Below are positions 9,074 to 19,377 of a stretch of DNA of 64,000 bases, piece after piece (the stretch's first letter is position 1; every line of letters begins with the position of its first letter). A program made the position numbers and the translations under genes. The DNA lies in contig DATMMS010000005.1 of the NCBI GenBank assembly GCA_035569605.1, positions 212,990-276,989 on the forward strand, in the 5' to 3' direction. The notes under the pieces were generated by a model. The model was given only the letters and a program-made list of their open reading frames with translations, had not been told where the DNA came from and made no database searches. Source of the stretch: Candidatus Solibacter sp. Its GTDB lineage: Bacteria > Chloroflexota > Dormibacteria > DASZGP01.

Positions 9074-10165
9074 TCAGCCGGCCCAATGGCCGGTCGCGAA
9101 CCTCGTCAGGAGCCCCAGCATCAACACCCCGGAGGTCACAGCGACACCGCGCTCGAGCCACGGCCGCGACCGCAACAGCAGCGCGGCGGCGATGAACATC
9201 GGGAACAGGATGGTGGTGTAGCGCCCGGTCGAGACCAGGGTCGAGCTGGTGACGCAGGCGAGCACCCCAAGGGCCAGGAAGACGGTGTACGAACGGCGAA
9301 TGCGGCCGTAGCTGTACGCCGTCAGGACCACCAGCAGGACCAGCGCGCCGAGGTCGACCACGCCGATGAAGCGGAAGCGGGAGAGCGTGCCGGCGGCATC
9401 GAGGATCGAGACCCAGGGCATGGCCAGGTGGCGGTCCCAGTACTTCTGAGAGGTCAGGACCCGCGTCCAGTCCCCGACCAGCAGCTGCACGTAAAACAGC
9501 CAGCCGGCGAGCACCACGGCCCAGGGGAGCGCCAGCCAGGCGACGTCAGCCCGGACCCGGCGCCACGACCAGTCGCGCTGGTCCAGGTATTCCCAGAGCA
9601 GGGCGGCTACCAGGATCACGGCATAGAACTTGGTCATCACCGCGGCCGCCGCCAGGATCCCGGCCAGCCACCAGCGTCCGGTAATGGCCGCCCAGAAGCT
9701 CCAGGCCCCGAGGCCGAGCAGCAGCCCCTCGGTGTACCCGGCGCCCAGGAACAGCGACGACGGGTACACCAGGATCAGCACCACCGTGGCCAGCGCCAGG
9801 CCCTCGCCATGGTCGTGCTGTACGACGCGGAAAATGCCGATGATGGCGGTGAAAAGGACCACTGTGCTGATCGCCAGCGCCACCAGGCCCTGGTCGAGTC
9901 CCGTCGGCCCGGAGATCGCGGCGATCAGCCCGGGGAAAAGCGGCGGCCAGACGATGGCGTCGTAGACCCGCCCGTTGGTGTGCACAGGGCTGAGCGGCGC
10001 GTATCCTACCCGGGCGATCCAGGTGAACCAGTTGGCATCCCACTGCTGCCAGGGCCCGGTGATCGCGCCAATTCCATGCCCGGCCAGCTCACTGCCGGTC
10101 CGGCCGCCGTACGCCGCCAGCGTGGCCACCGCCAGGGTGACGAACCGGAACACGGCCACGCACAC
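9074..10165 (-). CDS. polytopic GT-C membrane glycosyltransferase, PIG-V / DUF2029-like mannosyltransferase family
   Basis: About 10 predicted TM helices and the N-terminal WDANWFTWIARVGY motif characteristic of PIG-V-like mannosyltransferases. Convergent with ribH. Confidence 0.6.
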   Translation of the reverse strand: MCVAVFRFVTLAVATLAAYGGRTGSELAGHGIGAITGPWQQWDANWFTWIARVGYAPLSPVHTNGRVYDAIVWPPLFPGLIAAISGPTGLDQGLVALAISTVVLFTAIIGIFRVVQHDHGEGLALATVVLILVYPSSLFLGAGYTEGLLLGLGAWSFWAAITGRWWLAGILAAAAVMTKFYAVILVAALLWEYLDQRDWSWRRVRADVAWLALPWAVVLAGWLFYVQLLVGDWTRVLTSQKYWDRHLAMPWVSILDAAGTLSRFRFIGVVDLGALVLLVVLTAYSYGRIRRSYTVFLALGVLACVTSSTLVSTGRYTTILFPMFIAAALLLRSRPWLERGVAVTSGVLMLGLLTRFATGHWAG

Positions 10166-10237
10166 CAGGGCGGAGCGGAGAGCGGGGCGCCCGGCCCCCG
10201 GCTGGGCGAAGCCGGCGTCAGCCGGTTGGGCCAGGGG

Positions 10238-10426
10238 TCAGCCCGCGGAGCGGGCGGCGGTGCGCAGGCAGCGAGTGCAGACGCGTGTCTTCACGCGCTT
10301 GCCGCCGATGCTGATCGTGGCGACCTGGAGATTGGGGAGAAAACGGCGCTTGGTCCTTACCTTGGAGTGGCTGACGTTGTTGCCGCTCACCGGACCTTTG
10401 CCGCAGACTGCGCACTGCTGTGACAA
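10238..10426 (-). CDS. rpmB: 50S ribosomal protein L28
   Basis: [33 protein letters not shown] is canonical L28. TTG start. Confidence 0.9.
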   Translation of the reverse strand: MSQQCAVCGKGPVSGNNVSHSKVRTKRRFLPNLQVATISIGGKRVKTRVCTRCLRTAARSAG

Positions 10427-10554
10427 AGCTCTGCTACCTTTCGCGAATTCGCGTAACCTTTGAGATCGGTGGGGATTCTAACATGCGCTGGTACGGGTCC
10501 CGATCTCATTCGGCTGCCCACGATCCCCACTTTCAGCAGGAGCTCTGAAGCCAC

Positions 10555-10920
10555 TTGAATCGCATCATGCAACAACAGGACCTGGGCCGGATCGAGGTCT
10601 CCAACCAGGTCATCGCCTCGATCGCCGGCCATGCCGCCAACGGCTGCTACGGCGTGGTGGCGATGGCGGCGCGGGGCCTTCGCGACGGGATCGCCGAGCG
10701 GCTGCAGCGCGAGAACCTGCACCGTGGCGTAGAGGTCCGGGTCCTGGAGGACGGCATCGATATCGGCCTCTTCGTGGTAGTCGAGTACGGGGTTCGCATA
10801 ACCGAGGTGGCCCACAGCCTCCAGGACGCGGTCCGGTACGAGGTCGAGAAGGCGCTGGCGATCAAGGTCCTGAACGTGAACGTGAGCGTCCAGGGCATCC
10901 ACCTCGAGGCGAGATCGTGA
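10555..10920 (+). CDS. Asp23/Gls24 family (alkaline shock) protein, YloU-like
   Basis: Asp23 family sequence, divergent from rpmB as in Bacillus yloU. TTG start, with an alternative ATG at 10567. Confidence 0.85.
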   Translation: MNRIMQQQDLGRIEVSNQVIASIAGHAANGCYGVVAMAARGLRDGIAERLQRENLHRGVEVRVLEDGIDIGLFVVVEYGVRITEVAHSLQDAVRYEVEKALAIKVLNVNVSVQGIHLEARS

Positions 10921-12617
10921 GCTCGCCCGCGCCGGCCGGCGACACCCGCACCGCCATCACGCGCTGCGACGGTGTGCTGTTCAGGCGGTCGCTGATGGGT
11001 TCGCTGATCTGGCTCACCGCCAACCGCGACAAGGTCAACCAGCTGAACGTGTTCCCGGTGCCCGACGGCGACACCGGCACCAACATGCTGCTGACCCTGG
11101 AGTCGGCCATCGAGGAGATGGGTCCGGACGAGAACAGCGACCTGTCACAGGTCGCCGCCACGGTCGCGCACGGGGCCCTGATGGGCGCTCGAGGCAACTC
11201 CGGGGTGATCCTCTCGCAGGTGCTGCGCGGCTTCAGCCAGGGAGTTGGCAGCCACGCCTCGGTCGACTGCAAGCAGCTGGCGCATGCCTTCGAGGAGGCC
11301 ACCGCGGTTGCCTATAAGGGCGTAACCAAGCCCACCGAGGGGACCATCCTCACGGTCGCGCGGAAGGTCTCGGAGGCGGCGGTAGTCAAGGCCCAGGACA
11401 CCGAGGACATCGCCGACCTGATCCAGTCGGTGGTCTCGGCGGCGCAGCGGGCGGTGGACGACACGCCCTCCCAGCTCGCCGTCCTCCGCGAGGCGGGCGT
11501 GGTCGATGCCGGTGGCTACGGGTTGATGGTGATCCTCGAGGGCTTCCTCAAGACGGTCAAGGGACAGGAGATCCCGACCACCTCCAGGGCGTCCCGCGCG
11601 CCGGCGGCCCCCAAGGAAACGGCCAAGGTCGGTGCCCACGCGCTGGAGACGCCGGAGGAGGGCTGGGGCTTCTGCACCGAGTTCCTCATTGAGCGGCCGG
11701 CCAAGGCCTTCGACGTCGTTCGCGCCGAGCTGACGCCGATGGGCAACTCCGCGGTGATCGTTGGCGACGACCAGCTGGTCCGGGTGCACATCCACACCCT
11801 GGACCCGGGCGGGCTGATCGCCCACGCCACCTCCTACGGCCCGCTGCAGAAGCTCAAGGTCGAGGACATGACCCGCCAGCACCACGACATCCTGGCCCAG
11901 GAGCCCCCCGACGCAGACCAGGTGCCGGGGCCCGCCGCGGCGATCAACGGGCACAGCGCCACTGGCCAGGTGGGGGTGGTGGCGGTCGCTGCCGGCGAGG
12001 GCTTCCGCCGGATTTTCGAGGAGCTTGGCGCCGGCGTGGTGGAGGGCGGGCAGACGATGAACCCGTCGACCGAGGACCTGCTCGAGGCCGTCACCGCCAG
12101 CAGCGCCGACGAGGTCATCATCCTGCCCAACAACAAGAACGTGATCATGACCGCGCAGCAGGTCTCGAGCCTTTCCGACAAGGCGATCAAGGTGGTCGCC
12201 AGCAGGACCGTGCCGGAAGGCATCAGCGCCCTGCTCAACCTCGACCCTGCCGCCGGCCTGGAGCAAAACAGCGCTGCGATGGCATCGGCGCTCAAGGGGG
12301 TGCAGACGATTGAGGTGACCCACGCGGTTCGCAGCACCTCCGTCAACGGGCTGAAGATCCGCAACGGCGACATGATCGCGCTGGTCAACGGCAAGATCAC
12401 CCGCGCCGGCAAGGACGCCCGCGAGGTCATGGACGGCGCCCTCGAGGGGCTGAAAATCGATGCCTTCGAGCTGCTGACGATCTACGCCGGAGCCGAGGTC
12501 CCCGACACCGAGGCCGAGGAGGTGGTGGGCCACGTTCGGGAGCAGTTCCCCAAGCTGGAAGTGCAGCTGCAGCGCGGCGAGCAGGAGCACTACCCGTACA
12601 TCCTCTCGCTCGAATGA
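10917..12617 (+). CDS. DAK2 domain fusion protein YloV
   Basis: DGDTGTNM motif of the DAK2 domain plus the C-terminal YloV-type domain. 4-nt overlap with the upstream gene. Confidence 0.85.
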   Translation: MSSPAPAGDTRTAITRCDGVLFRRSLMGSLIWLTANRDKVNQLNVFPVPDGDTGTNMLLTLESAIEEMGPDENSDLSQVAATVAHGALMGARGNSGVILSQVLRGFSQGVGSHASVDCKQLAHAFEEATAVAYKGVTKPTEGTILTVARKVSEAAVVKAQDTEDIADLIQSVVSAAQRAVDDTPSQLAVLREAGVVDAGGYGLMVILEGFLKTVKGQEIPTTSRASRAPAAPKETAKVGAHALETPEEGWGFCTEFLIERPAKAFDVVRAELTPMGNSAVIVGDDQLVRVHIHTLDPGGLIAHATSYGPLQKLKVEDMTRQHHDILAQEPPDADQVPGPAAAINGHSATGQVGVVAVAAGEGFRRIFEELGAGVVEGGQTMNPSTEDLLEAVTASSADEVIILPNNKNVIMTAQQVSSLSDKAIKVVASRTVPEGISALLNLDPAAGLEQNSAAMASALKGVQTIEVTHAVRSTSVNGLKIRNGDMIALVNGKITRAGKDAREVMDGALEGLKIDAFELLTIYAGAEVPDTEAEEVVGHVREQFPKLEVQLQRGEQEHYPYILSLE

Positions 12618-13450
12618 CACGCATCGTCGTCGATTCCACCTGTGATCTCCCCGAGTCCCGGATGCGCGAGCTCGGCATCGAGATGGTGCCGCTGCAGGTG
12701 CATTTCGGGGACGAGGCCTTCCGCGACAAGATCGACCTCGACGAGGACGCCTTCTTCAAGCGCCTGGAGAAGGCCACCCAGCTCCCCACCACGTCGCAGC
12801 CCTCGCCCGGCGACTTCGAAGAGGTCTACGGCCGGATACCGGAGGGCGAGCCCATCGTCAGCATCCACATCGCCCACCAGCTGTCGGGCACGATCCAGTC
12901 CGCCAAGCTTGCCGCCGACGCTATGCCGGGCCGGGAGATTCACATCATCGACAGCGGCAACACCACATGGGCAGCCGGGCTGCTGGCGCTCGAGGCCGCC
13001 GAGGCGGTGCAGGCGGGGAAGGATCTGAATGAGGTGATCACGCACGTCGAGGGCCTGGTCCCTCGGGTGCGGCTGCTGGCCGTGCTCGACACCCTCAAGT
13101 ACGTCGTCATGGGCGGCCGGGTCAGCCGCGTCCAGGGTGCGATCGGCGGCCTGCTGCGGGTGAAGCCGATGCTGCTGCTGGTCGACGGTGTCATCGAGCG
13201 AATGCCGCCGGCGCGGACCTGGGGTCAGGCCGGCCAGAAGATAGTCCAGGACATCGAGGCCCACGGAGGCGCGGATCGTATCGCCGTTATCCACGCCAAG
13301 GCTCCCGAGGCGGGCCAGACCATGAAGAAGACGCTGGAGGACAGCCTCGGCGTCGACGGGATCCTGGAGGGAACCATCGGGCCCGTCATCGGCACGCACT
13401 CGGGGCCGGGTGCTGTCGGCGTCGCCTACATCGCCAAGCAGGCGGGCTAG
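12614..13450 (+). CDS. DegV family fatty-acid-binding protein
   Basis: DegV N-terminus (IVVDSTCDLP) and conserved core. Coupled to yloV. Confidence 0.85.
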   Translation: MTRIVVDSTCDLPESRMRELGIEMVPLQVHFGDEAFRDKIDLDEDAFFKRLEKATQLPTTSQPSPGDFEEVYGRIPEGEPIVSIHIAHQLSGTIQSAKLAADAMPGREIHIIDSGNTTWAAGLLALEAAEAVQAGKDLNEVITHVEGLVPRVRLLAVLDTLKYVVMGGRVSRVQGAIGGLLRVKPMLLLVDGVIERMPPARTWGQAGQKIVQDIEAHGGADRIAVIHAKAPEAGQTMKKTLEDSLGVDGILEGTIGPVIGTHSGPGAVGVAYIAKQAG

Positions 13451-15506
13451 CCTGGCTCTTCCCCCCGAGGCCCCGGTGACCGCGCTTGCCGGGGTCACGC
13501 CTGCGTACGCCAAGAAGCTCGAGCGGCTCGGGATCCTGACCGTCGGGGACCTGCTCCAGCACTATCCCCGCCGCCACGAGGATTTCTCCCGCACGGTGCC
13601 GGTGATCTTCCTGGCCGATGGCGCCAAGCAAACCGTCAAGGTGCAGGTCGAGCAGGTGCGGCGGCGTCCGGGCGGCCGGGGGAGGCTGGCGACAGAGGCT
13701 TTTCTCAGCGATGACAGCGGACGGATGAAGGCGATCTGGTTCAACCAGCCCTACATGGCCCAGACCCTCCACGTCGGCGACGAGGTCGTGCTCTCGGGAA
13801 AGGTCCAGAAGGACCGCCGGGGTGGTGGCCTGGCGATGATGAACCCCGCGTTTGAACGCGGCACCACCGGCGGCCTCCACACCGGGCGCCTGGTGCCCCT
13901 CTACCCCGAGACCTATGGCCTGACCTCCAAGTGGATTCGCGCCCGGATCGACGCCGCCATGGACAGCGCCGATCAGATGCGCGATGAGGTGCCCGCCGAC
14001 GTCGAGCGAAGCCAGGCCCTGCCCTCCCTGCCCAGGGCCATCCGCCAGGTCCACTACCCGAACGACGAGGAGGAGCTCAACCAGGCGCGCAAGCGAATCG
14101 CCTTCCGGCAGCTGCTGCTGATGCAGATCGCGGTGCTGATCAGCCGCGAGCAGCGCGAGCACCAGGTGGCCCCGAAGATCGCCTACGACGTCGAGCGCGC
14201 TCGCGCCATCCGCGATGCCCTGCCTTTCGACCTGACCGACGCCCAGCGCAAGGCCGCCCACTTCATCTTCAAAGACATGGCGGAGCCGCGGCCGATGGCT
14301 CGACTCCTCCAGGGCGATGTCGGCAGCGGCAAGACGGCGGTGGCGGCGATGGCCGCCGCGATGGCGTCGCGAGCGGGCTACCAGACGCTCCTGATGGCGC
14401 CCACCGAGATCCTGGCCCAGCAGCACGCTCGGACGCTGCGCCCGTACCTGGAGCCCCTGCAGATGCGCATGGACCTGCTGGTTGGCTCGACCACGGCCGC
14501 CAACCGGCGACGGATCCTGGACGAGCTCAGCCAGGGCGACCTCGACCTCCTGGTCGGAACCCACGCGCTGATCGAGCCAACCGTCGTGCCAAGAAGCCTG
14601 GGGTTGGTCGTCAGCGATGAGCAGCACCGTTTCGGCGTCGGCCAGCGGGAGGCCCTGGCGCAGAGATCGGGCACCTTCCCCCACGTGCTCTCGATGACGG
14701 CGACGCCAATACCGCGGACCCTCCAGCTCACCCTATACGGCGACCTCACCGTCTCGGTGCTCGACCAGATGCCGCCGGGACGGCAGGTGGTCGAGACCAG
14801 GATGGTTCCCGCGGCCCAGCGGCAGGAGGCTTACGACTTCGTTCGCGGCCAGGTCGCCGGCGGGCGTCAGGTCTTCGTCATATGCCCGCTGGTCGAGGAT
14901 TCCGACCTGATCCAGGCGCGCTCCGCCACCAGCGAGCACGAACGCCTGCAGAAGGAGGTGTTTCCGGAGATGCGGCTTGCCCTCCTCCACGGCCGCATGA
15001 AGCCGGCCGAGAAGGATGGCGTGATGGAGGCGTTCAAAGCCGGCGAGTTCCAGATCCTCGTCAGCACCTCGGTGGTGGAGGTCGGGGTCGATGTGCCCAA
15101 CGCCACCGTGATGATGATCGAAGGCGCGGAACGCTTCGGCCTGGCCCAGCTGCACCAGTTCCGCGGGCGCGTGGGCAGGGGAGAGCACAAGGCCTTCTGC
15201 CTGTTGCTCTCGGACGCGGAGGGAGCAGACTCGGCGGACTCCAATCGGCGGCTTGACGCGATGGTCCGGTACTCGAGCGGTTTTGACCTCGCCGAGGAGG
15301 ACCTCAAGATCCGGGGCCCGGGCGACCTCATCGGCGCGACCGGGGCCCAGCACGGCCACGACGCCGGCCTCCTGGTCGCGGGCCTGCTCGACGTCCGGCT
15401 GATCGCAGCCGCGCGCGAAGAGGCCGAACGCCTGGTCCGCCAGGGCCTCGACCCCGCCATGGTACGGGCGGCACAGGGTTTCCACATCGCCGGTTCTCTG
15501 AGCTAG
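13410..15506 (+). CDS. recG: ATP-dependent DNA helicase RecG
   Basis: Wedge domain plus DEAD-box helicase motifs (GDVGSGKT, DEQHRFG, SATPIPRT). The first ~40 nt overlap degV, so the real start may be slightly downstream. Confidence 0.9.
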   Translation: MLSASPTSPSRRASLALPPEAPVTALAGVTPAYAKKLERLGILTVGDLLQHYPRRHEDFSRTVPVIFLADGAKQTVKVQVEQVRRRPGGRGRLATEAFLSDDSGRMKAIWFNQPYMAQTLHVGDEVVLSGKVQKDRRGGGLAMMNPAFERGTTGGLHTGRLVPLYPETYGLTSKWIRARIDAAMDSADQMRDEVPADVERSQALPSLPRAIRQVHYPNDEEELNQARKRIAFRQLLLMQIAVLISREQREHQVAPKIAYDVERARAIRDALPFDLTDAQRKAAHFIFKDMAEPRPMARLLQGDVGSGKTAVAAMAAAMASRAGYQTLLMAPTEILAQQHARTLRPYLEPLQMRMDLLVGSTTAANRRRILDELSQGDLDLLVGTHALIEPTVVPRSLGLVVSDEQHRFGVGQREALAQRSGTFPHVLSMTATPIPRTLQLTLYGDLTVSVLDQMPPGRQVVETRMVPAAQRQEAYDFVRGQVAGGRQVFVICPLVEDSDLIQARSATSEHERLQKEVFPEMRLALLHGRMKPAEKDGVMEAFKAGEFQILVSTSVVEVGVDVPNATVMMIEGAERFGLAQLHQFRGRVGRGEHKAFCLLLSDAEGADSADSNRRLDAMVRYSSGFDLAEEDLKIRGPGDLIGATGAQHGHDAGLLVAGLLDVRLIAAAREEAERLVRQGLDPAMVRAAQGFHIAGSLS

Positions 15507-15514
15507 AGCACCCG

Positions 15515-16078
15515 ATGCCCTTCCAGGTCATAGCCGGAACCGCGCGGGGCCGCCGTCTCAAATCACCGCCAGACGGGGTGCGCCCGACCGCCGCGATCCT
15601 GCGGCGCTCGCTGTTTGACATCATCGGTCCCGACGTCATCGAGGCCCGGGTCCTGGACCTCTACGCCGGCGCCGGCAGCCTGGGGGTGGAGGCGCTCAGC
15701 CGCGGAGCCGCGGGGGCCGATTTCGTCGATCGCGACCGGCGCTGCGTCGCCGTCATCCGGGCCAACCTGGGGCTGCTCGGCGATACCGAGGGCGCGGCGT
15801 CCAGTAGGGTAGACTGCGCTCCGGTCGAGTCCTGGCTGCGTCGCAACCGGCGGCGCCTGTCAGGCTATGACCTTCTCATCCTCGACCCGCCATATGGAGA
15901 GCCTGGATTGGAGAAAGTACTTTCGCAGCTGGCCCGCCCCGGCACGCTCAAGCCAGACGCCCTGGTGGTCGTCGAAGAGCGCGCCGATCGCGAGCTGGAC
16001 ACTCCCGAGGGGATGAGGATCGTGCGGCGGGTGGAGCACGGGGACTCGGCTCTGACCATGATGAGGCCGGCGCCTTGA
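15515..16078 (+). CDS. rsmD: 16S rRNA (guanine966-N2)-methyltransferase RsmD
   Basis: RsmD N-terminus (IAGTARGRRL), SAM motif VLDLYAGAGSLGVEA and the DPPY motif. Confidence 0.85.
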   Translation: MPFQVIAGTARGRRLKSPPDGVRPTAAILRRSLFDIIGPDVIEARVLDLYAGAGSLGVEALSRGAAGADFVDRDRRCVAVIRANLGLLGDTEGAASSRVDCAPVESWLRRNRRRLSGYDLLILDPPYGEPGLEKVLSQLARPGTLKPDALVVVEERADRELDTPEGMRIVRRVEHGDSALTMMRPAP

Positions 16079-16563
16079 GGATCGCCGTCTACCCCGGGAG
16101 CTTCGATCCCTTCACCCTGGGGCACCTCGACATCCTGGAGCGCGCCACCGGGATCTTCGACAAGGTCATCGTGGCGGTGCTCGAGAATCCCAACAAGTCG
16201 CCGCTCTTCAGCGTCGAAGAGCGCATCGAGATGATCGGCGAGAGCGTCGCCCAAAACGGCAACGTGGAGGTCGACTCATTCGACGGCCTGACCGTCGACT
16301 ATGCCAAGAAGGTGGGGGCCGGCTCGCTGGTCAGGGGCCTGCGCGCCACCAGCGATTTCGAGAGTGAGTTCCAGATGGCGCTGTTCAACCGCAAGCTGGC
16401 GCCGGAGGTGACCACCGTTTTCCTGATGACCAGCTTCGCCAACGTGTTCCTGAGCTCCTCGCTGATAAAGGAGGTCGCTCGACACGGCGGCAACGTCGAT
16501 TTCGCGGTCCCCGAATCGGTGGCAAAAAGGCTTGCGCGACTAGCAGAGAATAGAGGGCAATGA
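16075..16563 (+). CDS. coaD: phosphopantetheine adenylyltransferase
   Basis: IAVYPGSFDPFTLGHLDI nucleotidyltransferase motif. Confidence 0.9.
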   Translation: MRIAVYPGSFDPFTLGHLDILERATGIFDKVIVAVLENPNKSPLFSVEERIEMIGESVAQNGNVEVDSFDGLTVDYAKKVGAGSLVRGLRATSDFESEFQMALFNRKLAPEVTTVFLMTSFANVFLSSSLIKEVARHGGNVDFAVPESVAKRLARLAENRGQ

Positions 16564-17099
16564 GCGACGAAGAGATCGAAGAGCCGATAGCTCCCGAACG
16601 CGACCACCGCAGCATCATCGAGTTGATCGACCACCTGGAGTACCTGGTGCACAGGGCGCAGCGGGTGCCCTTCACCCACAACGTGATGATCGACGAGGAC
16701 GAGATCCTCGACCTCCTCGACCAGATCCACGTCAACATGCCCGAGGAGATCAAGCAGTCCCGCACCGTGCTGGCGGAGCAGGAGCGGCTGCTCAGCGAGG
16801 CCCAGCAGGAGTCGGCGCGGATCACCCAGACCGCGGCCCAAAAGGCCGAGAGCATGGTCAAGACCCACGAGCTGGCGCGCAAGGCCGAGGTGCAGGGCCA
16901 GGCGATCGTCCGCGAGGCGCAACAGCGCGCCGAGGACCAGAAGCGCGCCGCCGACGACTACGCCGCCGACGTGATGCAGCAGCTCGAATCGCACCTGGTG
17001 CGCACGGTGGCGACCGTTCGCAAGGCGCAGGAGACGCTGAAGAAGCCCGAGCCCGCTCCCGCCGGCGACGACGGCGCCGCCACCCGCTCCCGGCGCTGA
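16560..17099 (+). CDS. hypothetical acidic coiled-coil protein (cysteine-free), sitting where DUF177/YceD normally sits upstream of rpmF
   Basis: ATGA overlap with the coaD stop. Long predicted helical, charged sequence. No CxxC motifs of the kind seen in YceD. Confidence 0.5.
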   Translation: MSDEEIEEPIAPERDHRSIIELIDHLEYLVHRAQRVPFTHNVMIDEDEILDLLDQIHVNMPEEIKQSRTVLAEQERLLSEAQQESARITQTAAQKAESMVKTHELARKAEVQGQAIVREAQQRAEDQKRAADDYAADVMQQLESHLVRTVATVRKAQETLKKPEPAPAGDDGAATRSRR

Positions 17100-17157
17100 C
17101 CTCGAAGTTCGCCTCCGCGCCGGCCGCCGAGAGGCCGTCCGGTATAATCCGCCGGTC

Positions 17158-17334
17158 ATGGCGGTCCCCAAGGAACGTACGTCGAAGTCCAACAAGCGCA
17201 GCCGGCGCGGGCATCTCGCCCTGCAGCGGCCGACGCTTGCCACCTGCAGCCAGTGCAAGAAGCTCAAGCGGCCGCATACCATCTGCCCCAACTGTGGCTA
17301 CTACGACGGCCGCGAGGTCCTCGAGACCGAGTAG
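17158..17334 (+). CDS. rpmF: 50S ribosomal protein L32
   Basis: 58-aa ORF MAVPKERTSKSNKRSRRGHLA...CPNCGYYDGREV. It is not in the ORF track because it is under 60 aa. Confidence 0.85.
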   Translation: MAVPKERTSKSNKRSRRGHLALQRPTLATCSQCKKLKRPHTICPNCGYYDGREVLETE

Positions 17335-17376
17335 ACCGCGCCGCGGGGCCAACCGCCCCGTGATGTTCCCGTCGAC

Positions 17377-18294
17377 ATGAGCCTGGCCCTGATATTTCCT
17401 GGCCAGGGGGCGCAGACGCCAGCCATGGGTGCCGGTGTCCTCGACGCGGGGTCTCCGGGGAACGCCATGGCGCGAGAGGCGTCGGAGCTGGTCGGACTGG
17501 ACCTGGTCCGGCTGGCATGCGATGCCGACGCGGAAGAGATCCGGCCGACCGAGGTGGCGCAGCCGCTGCTGCTGCTGCTGTCGGCGGCGCTTTTGGAGAC
17601 CCTGCCGGTAGAGACCCGCGCCCAGGTGACATCGGTGGCGGGCCATTCGCTGGGCGAGTACACGGCGCTGGTGGCGGCGGGCTCGCTCGATTGGCGCGAT
17701 GCCTTGCAGCTGGTCAGAGAGCGCGGGCTGGCGATGGCGGAGGCCGCCCGGGGGCCGGGACAGGGCATGAGCGCGGTGCTGGGCGCGGATGAGGAGGCGG
17801 TCGCGGAAGCGCTGGCAGGCGCCGGCGACGGGGTCGCGGTGGTGGCCAACATCAACGCCCCCGGCCAGGTCGTGATCTCGGGTCATCTCGCGGCCCTCGA
17901 GGAGGCGGGGGAACGGCTCAAGGCAGCCGGGGCGCGCCGGGTAATGCCGCTCGAGGTCGCCGGCGCCTTTCACTCGCCGTTGATGGCTGACGCCGCCCTG
18001 CGCCTGGCCGCCGCAATCGACGCGGCGCCCCTCCGCACCGGCATCCCCCAGGCTTTCAACGTGGACGGTGCGGTCCGCACCGAGCCCGCCGACATCGCCG
18101 CTGCTCTACGGCTGCAGCTGACATCGCCGGTGCGCTGGACCGCCTGCGTGCGGACCCTAGTGGACCTGGGGGTAGACCAGTTCCTGGAGCTTGGTCCGGG
18201 CACCACTCTCAGCGCCATGGGCAAGCGCATCAACCCCGACGTCAGCTGGACCGCCGCCGCCACGCCCCAGGCGTTGGCAGCTGTGGAAGTCTGA
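17377..18294 (+). CDS. fabD: malonyl CoA-acyl carrier protein transacylase
   Basis: FPGQGAQ and GHSLGEY active-site motifs. Confidence 0.9.
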   Translation: MSLALIFPGQGAQTPAMGAGVLDAGSPGNAMAREASELVGLDLVRLACDADAEEIRPTEVAQPLLLLLSAALLETLPVETRAQVTSVAGHSLGEYTALVAAGSLDWRDALQLVRERGLAMAEAARGPGQGMSAVLGADEEAVAEALAGAGDGVAVVANINAPGQVVISGHLAALEEAGERLKAAGARRVMPLEVAGAFHSPLMADAALRLAAAIDAAPLRTGIPQAFNVDGAVRTEPADIAAALRLQLTSPVRWTACVRTLVDLGVDQFLELGPGTTLSAMGKRINPDVSWTAAATPQALAAVEV

Positions 18295-19043
18295 TGGATC
18301 TGAGCCTCGAGGGACGGGTGGCCCTGGTCACCGGCGCCAGCCGCGGCATCGGCCGGGCGGTGGCGCGGGAGCTGGGCTCGATGGGGGCGGCGGTGGCGGT
18401 CAACTACGCCTCGCGGGCGGAGGACGCCGCCGCGGTTGTGGATGAGATCACCGCCGCCGGCGGGAGGGCGGAGGCCTTCGCCGGCGACGTCTCCAACGCC
18501 GAGGTCGCGGCGGAGCTGGTGACCCAGGTCGGGGATCGGCTCGGGGGGCTCGACGTCCTCGTCAACAACGCCGGCATCGCGCGCGACAACCTGGTCCTGC
18601 GGATGAAGGACTCGGAGTGGAGCGAGGTGATCGCCGTCGATCTGACCGGCGCCTTTCACTGCTCGCGAGCGGCGCTGCGGCCGATGCTGAGGGCCCACTG
18701 GGGCCGGATCGTGAACATCGCCTCCGTGGCCGGCACTTCGGGTAACGCCGGGCAGGCCAATTACAGCGCCGCCAAGGCAGGCCTGATCGGGCTGACCAAA
18801 GCGTTGTCCCGCGAGGTGGGGTCGCGGACGATCACTGTCAACGCCGTTGCTCCCGGCTTCATCGAGACCGAGATGACGTCTGCGCTGCCCGCCGAGATCT
18901 TTGAGCAGGTCAAGGCGAGGGCATCGCTAGGACGGGTCGGCTCGGTGGAGGAGGTGGCCGCCGCGGTCGCCTTCCTGGCCAGTCCCGCGGCCTCCTACGT
19001 CACTGGGCAGGTCCTGATCGTCGACGGTGGCCTGACCGCCTAG
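18294..19043 (+). CDS. fabG: 3-oxoacyl-ACP reductase
   Basis: SDR family motifs [14 protein letters not shown] and YSAAK. Confidence 0.85.
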   Translation: MDLSLEGRVALVTGASRGIGRAVARELGSMGAAVAVNYASRAEDAAAVVDEITAAGGRAEAFAGDVSNAEVAAELVTQVGDRLGGLDVLVNNAGIARDNLVLRMKDSEWSEVIAVDLTGAFHCSRAALRPMLRAHWGRIVNIASVAGTSGNAGQANYSAAKAGLIGLTKALSREVGSRTITVNAVAPGFIETEMTSALPAEIFEQVKARASLGRVGSVEEVAAAVAFLASPAASYVTGQVLIVDGGLTA

Positions 19044-19125
19044 CCCCCGCCTCGCCGGGTCCGCGGATGACGGCCTCGACCGACGTTGCCGACGTTTCCT
19101 GGCTTTTCCCTTACAATGCCCACCT

Positions 19126-19377
19126 ATGAGTGAGACCGTCACCTACGACAAGTTCAAGGGCATCATTGCGGACCAGCTCGGCGTCGAGGCCGAACAGGTA
19201 ACGCCCGAGGCGTCGTTCGTTGACGACCTCAACGCCGACTCCCTCGACCTGGTGGAGCTGATCATGGCCTTCGAGGAGGAGTACGGCATGGAGATCTCCG
19301 ACGAGGATGCCGAGAAGATCGGCACCGTCGGCCAGGCCTGGGATTACGTGCAGGAGAAGCTAGGGATCACCTCCTGA
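19126..19377 (+). CDS. acpP: acyl carrier protein
   Basis: [17 protein letters not shown] phosphopantetheine attachment motif. Confidence 0.9.
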   Translation: MSETVTYDKFKGIIADQLGVEAEQVTPEASFVDDLNADSLDLVELIMAFEEEYGMEISDEDAEKIGTVGQAWDYVQEKLGITS

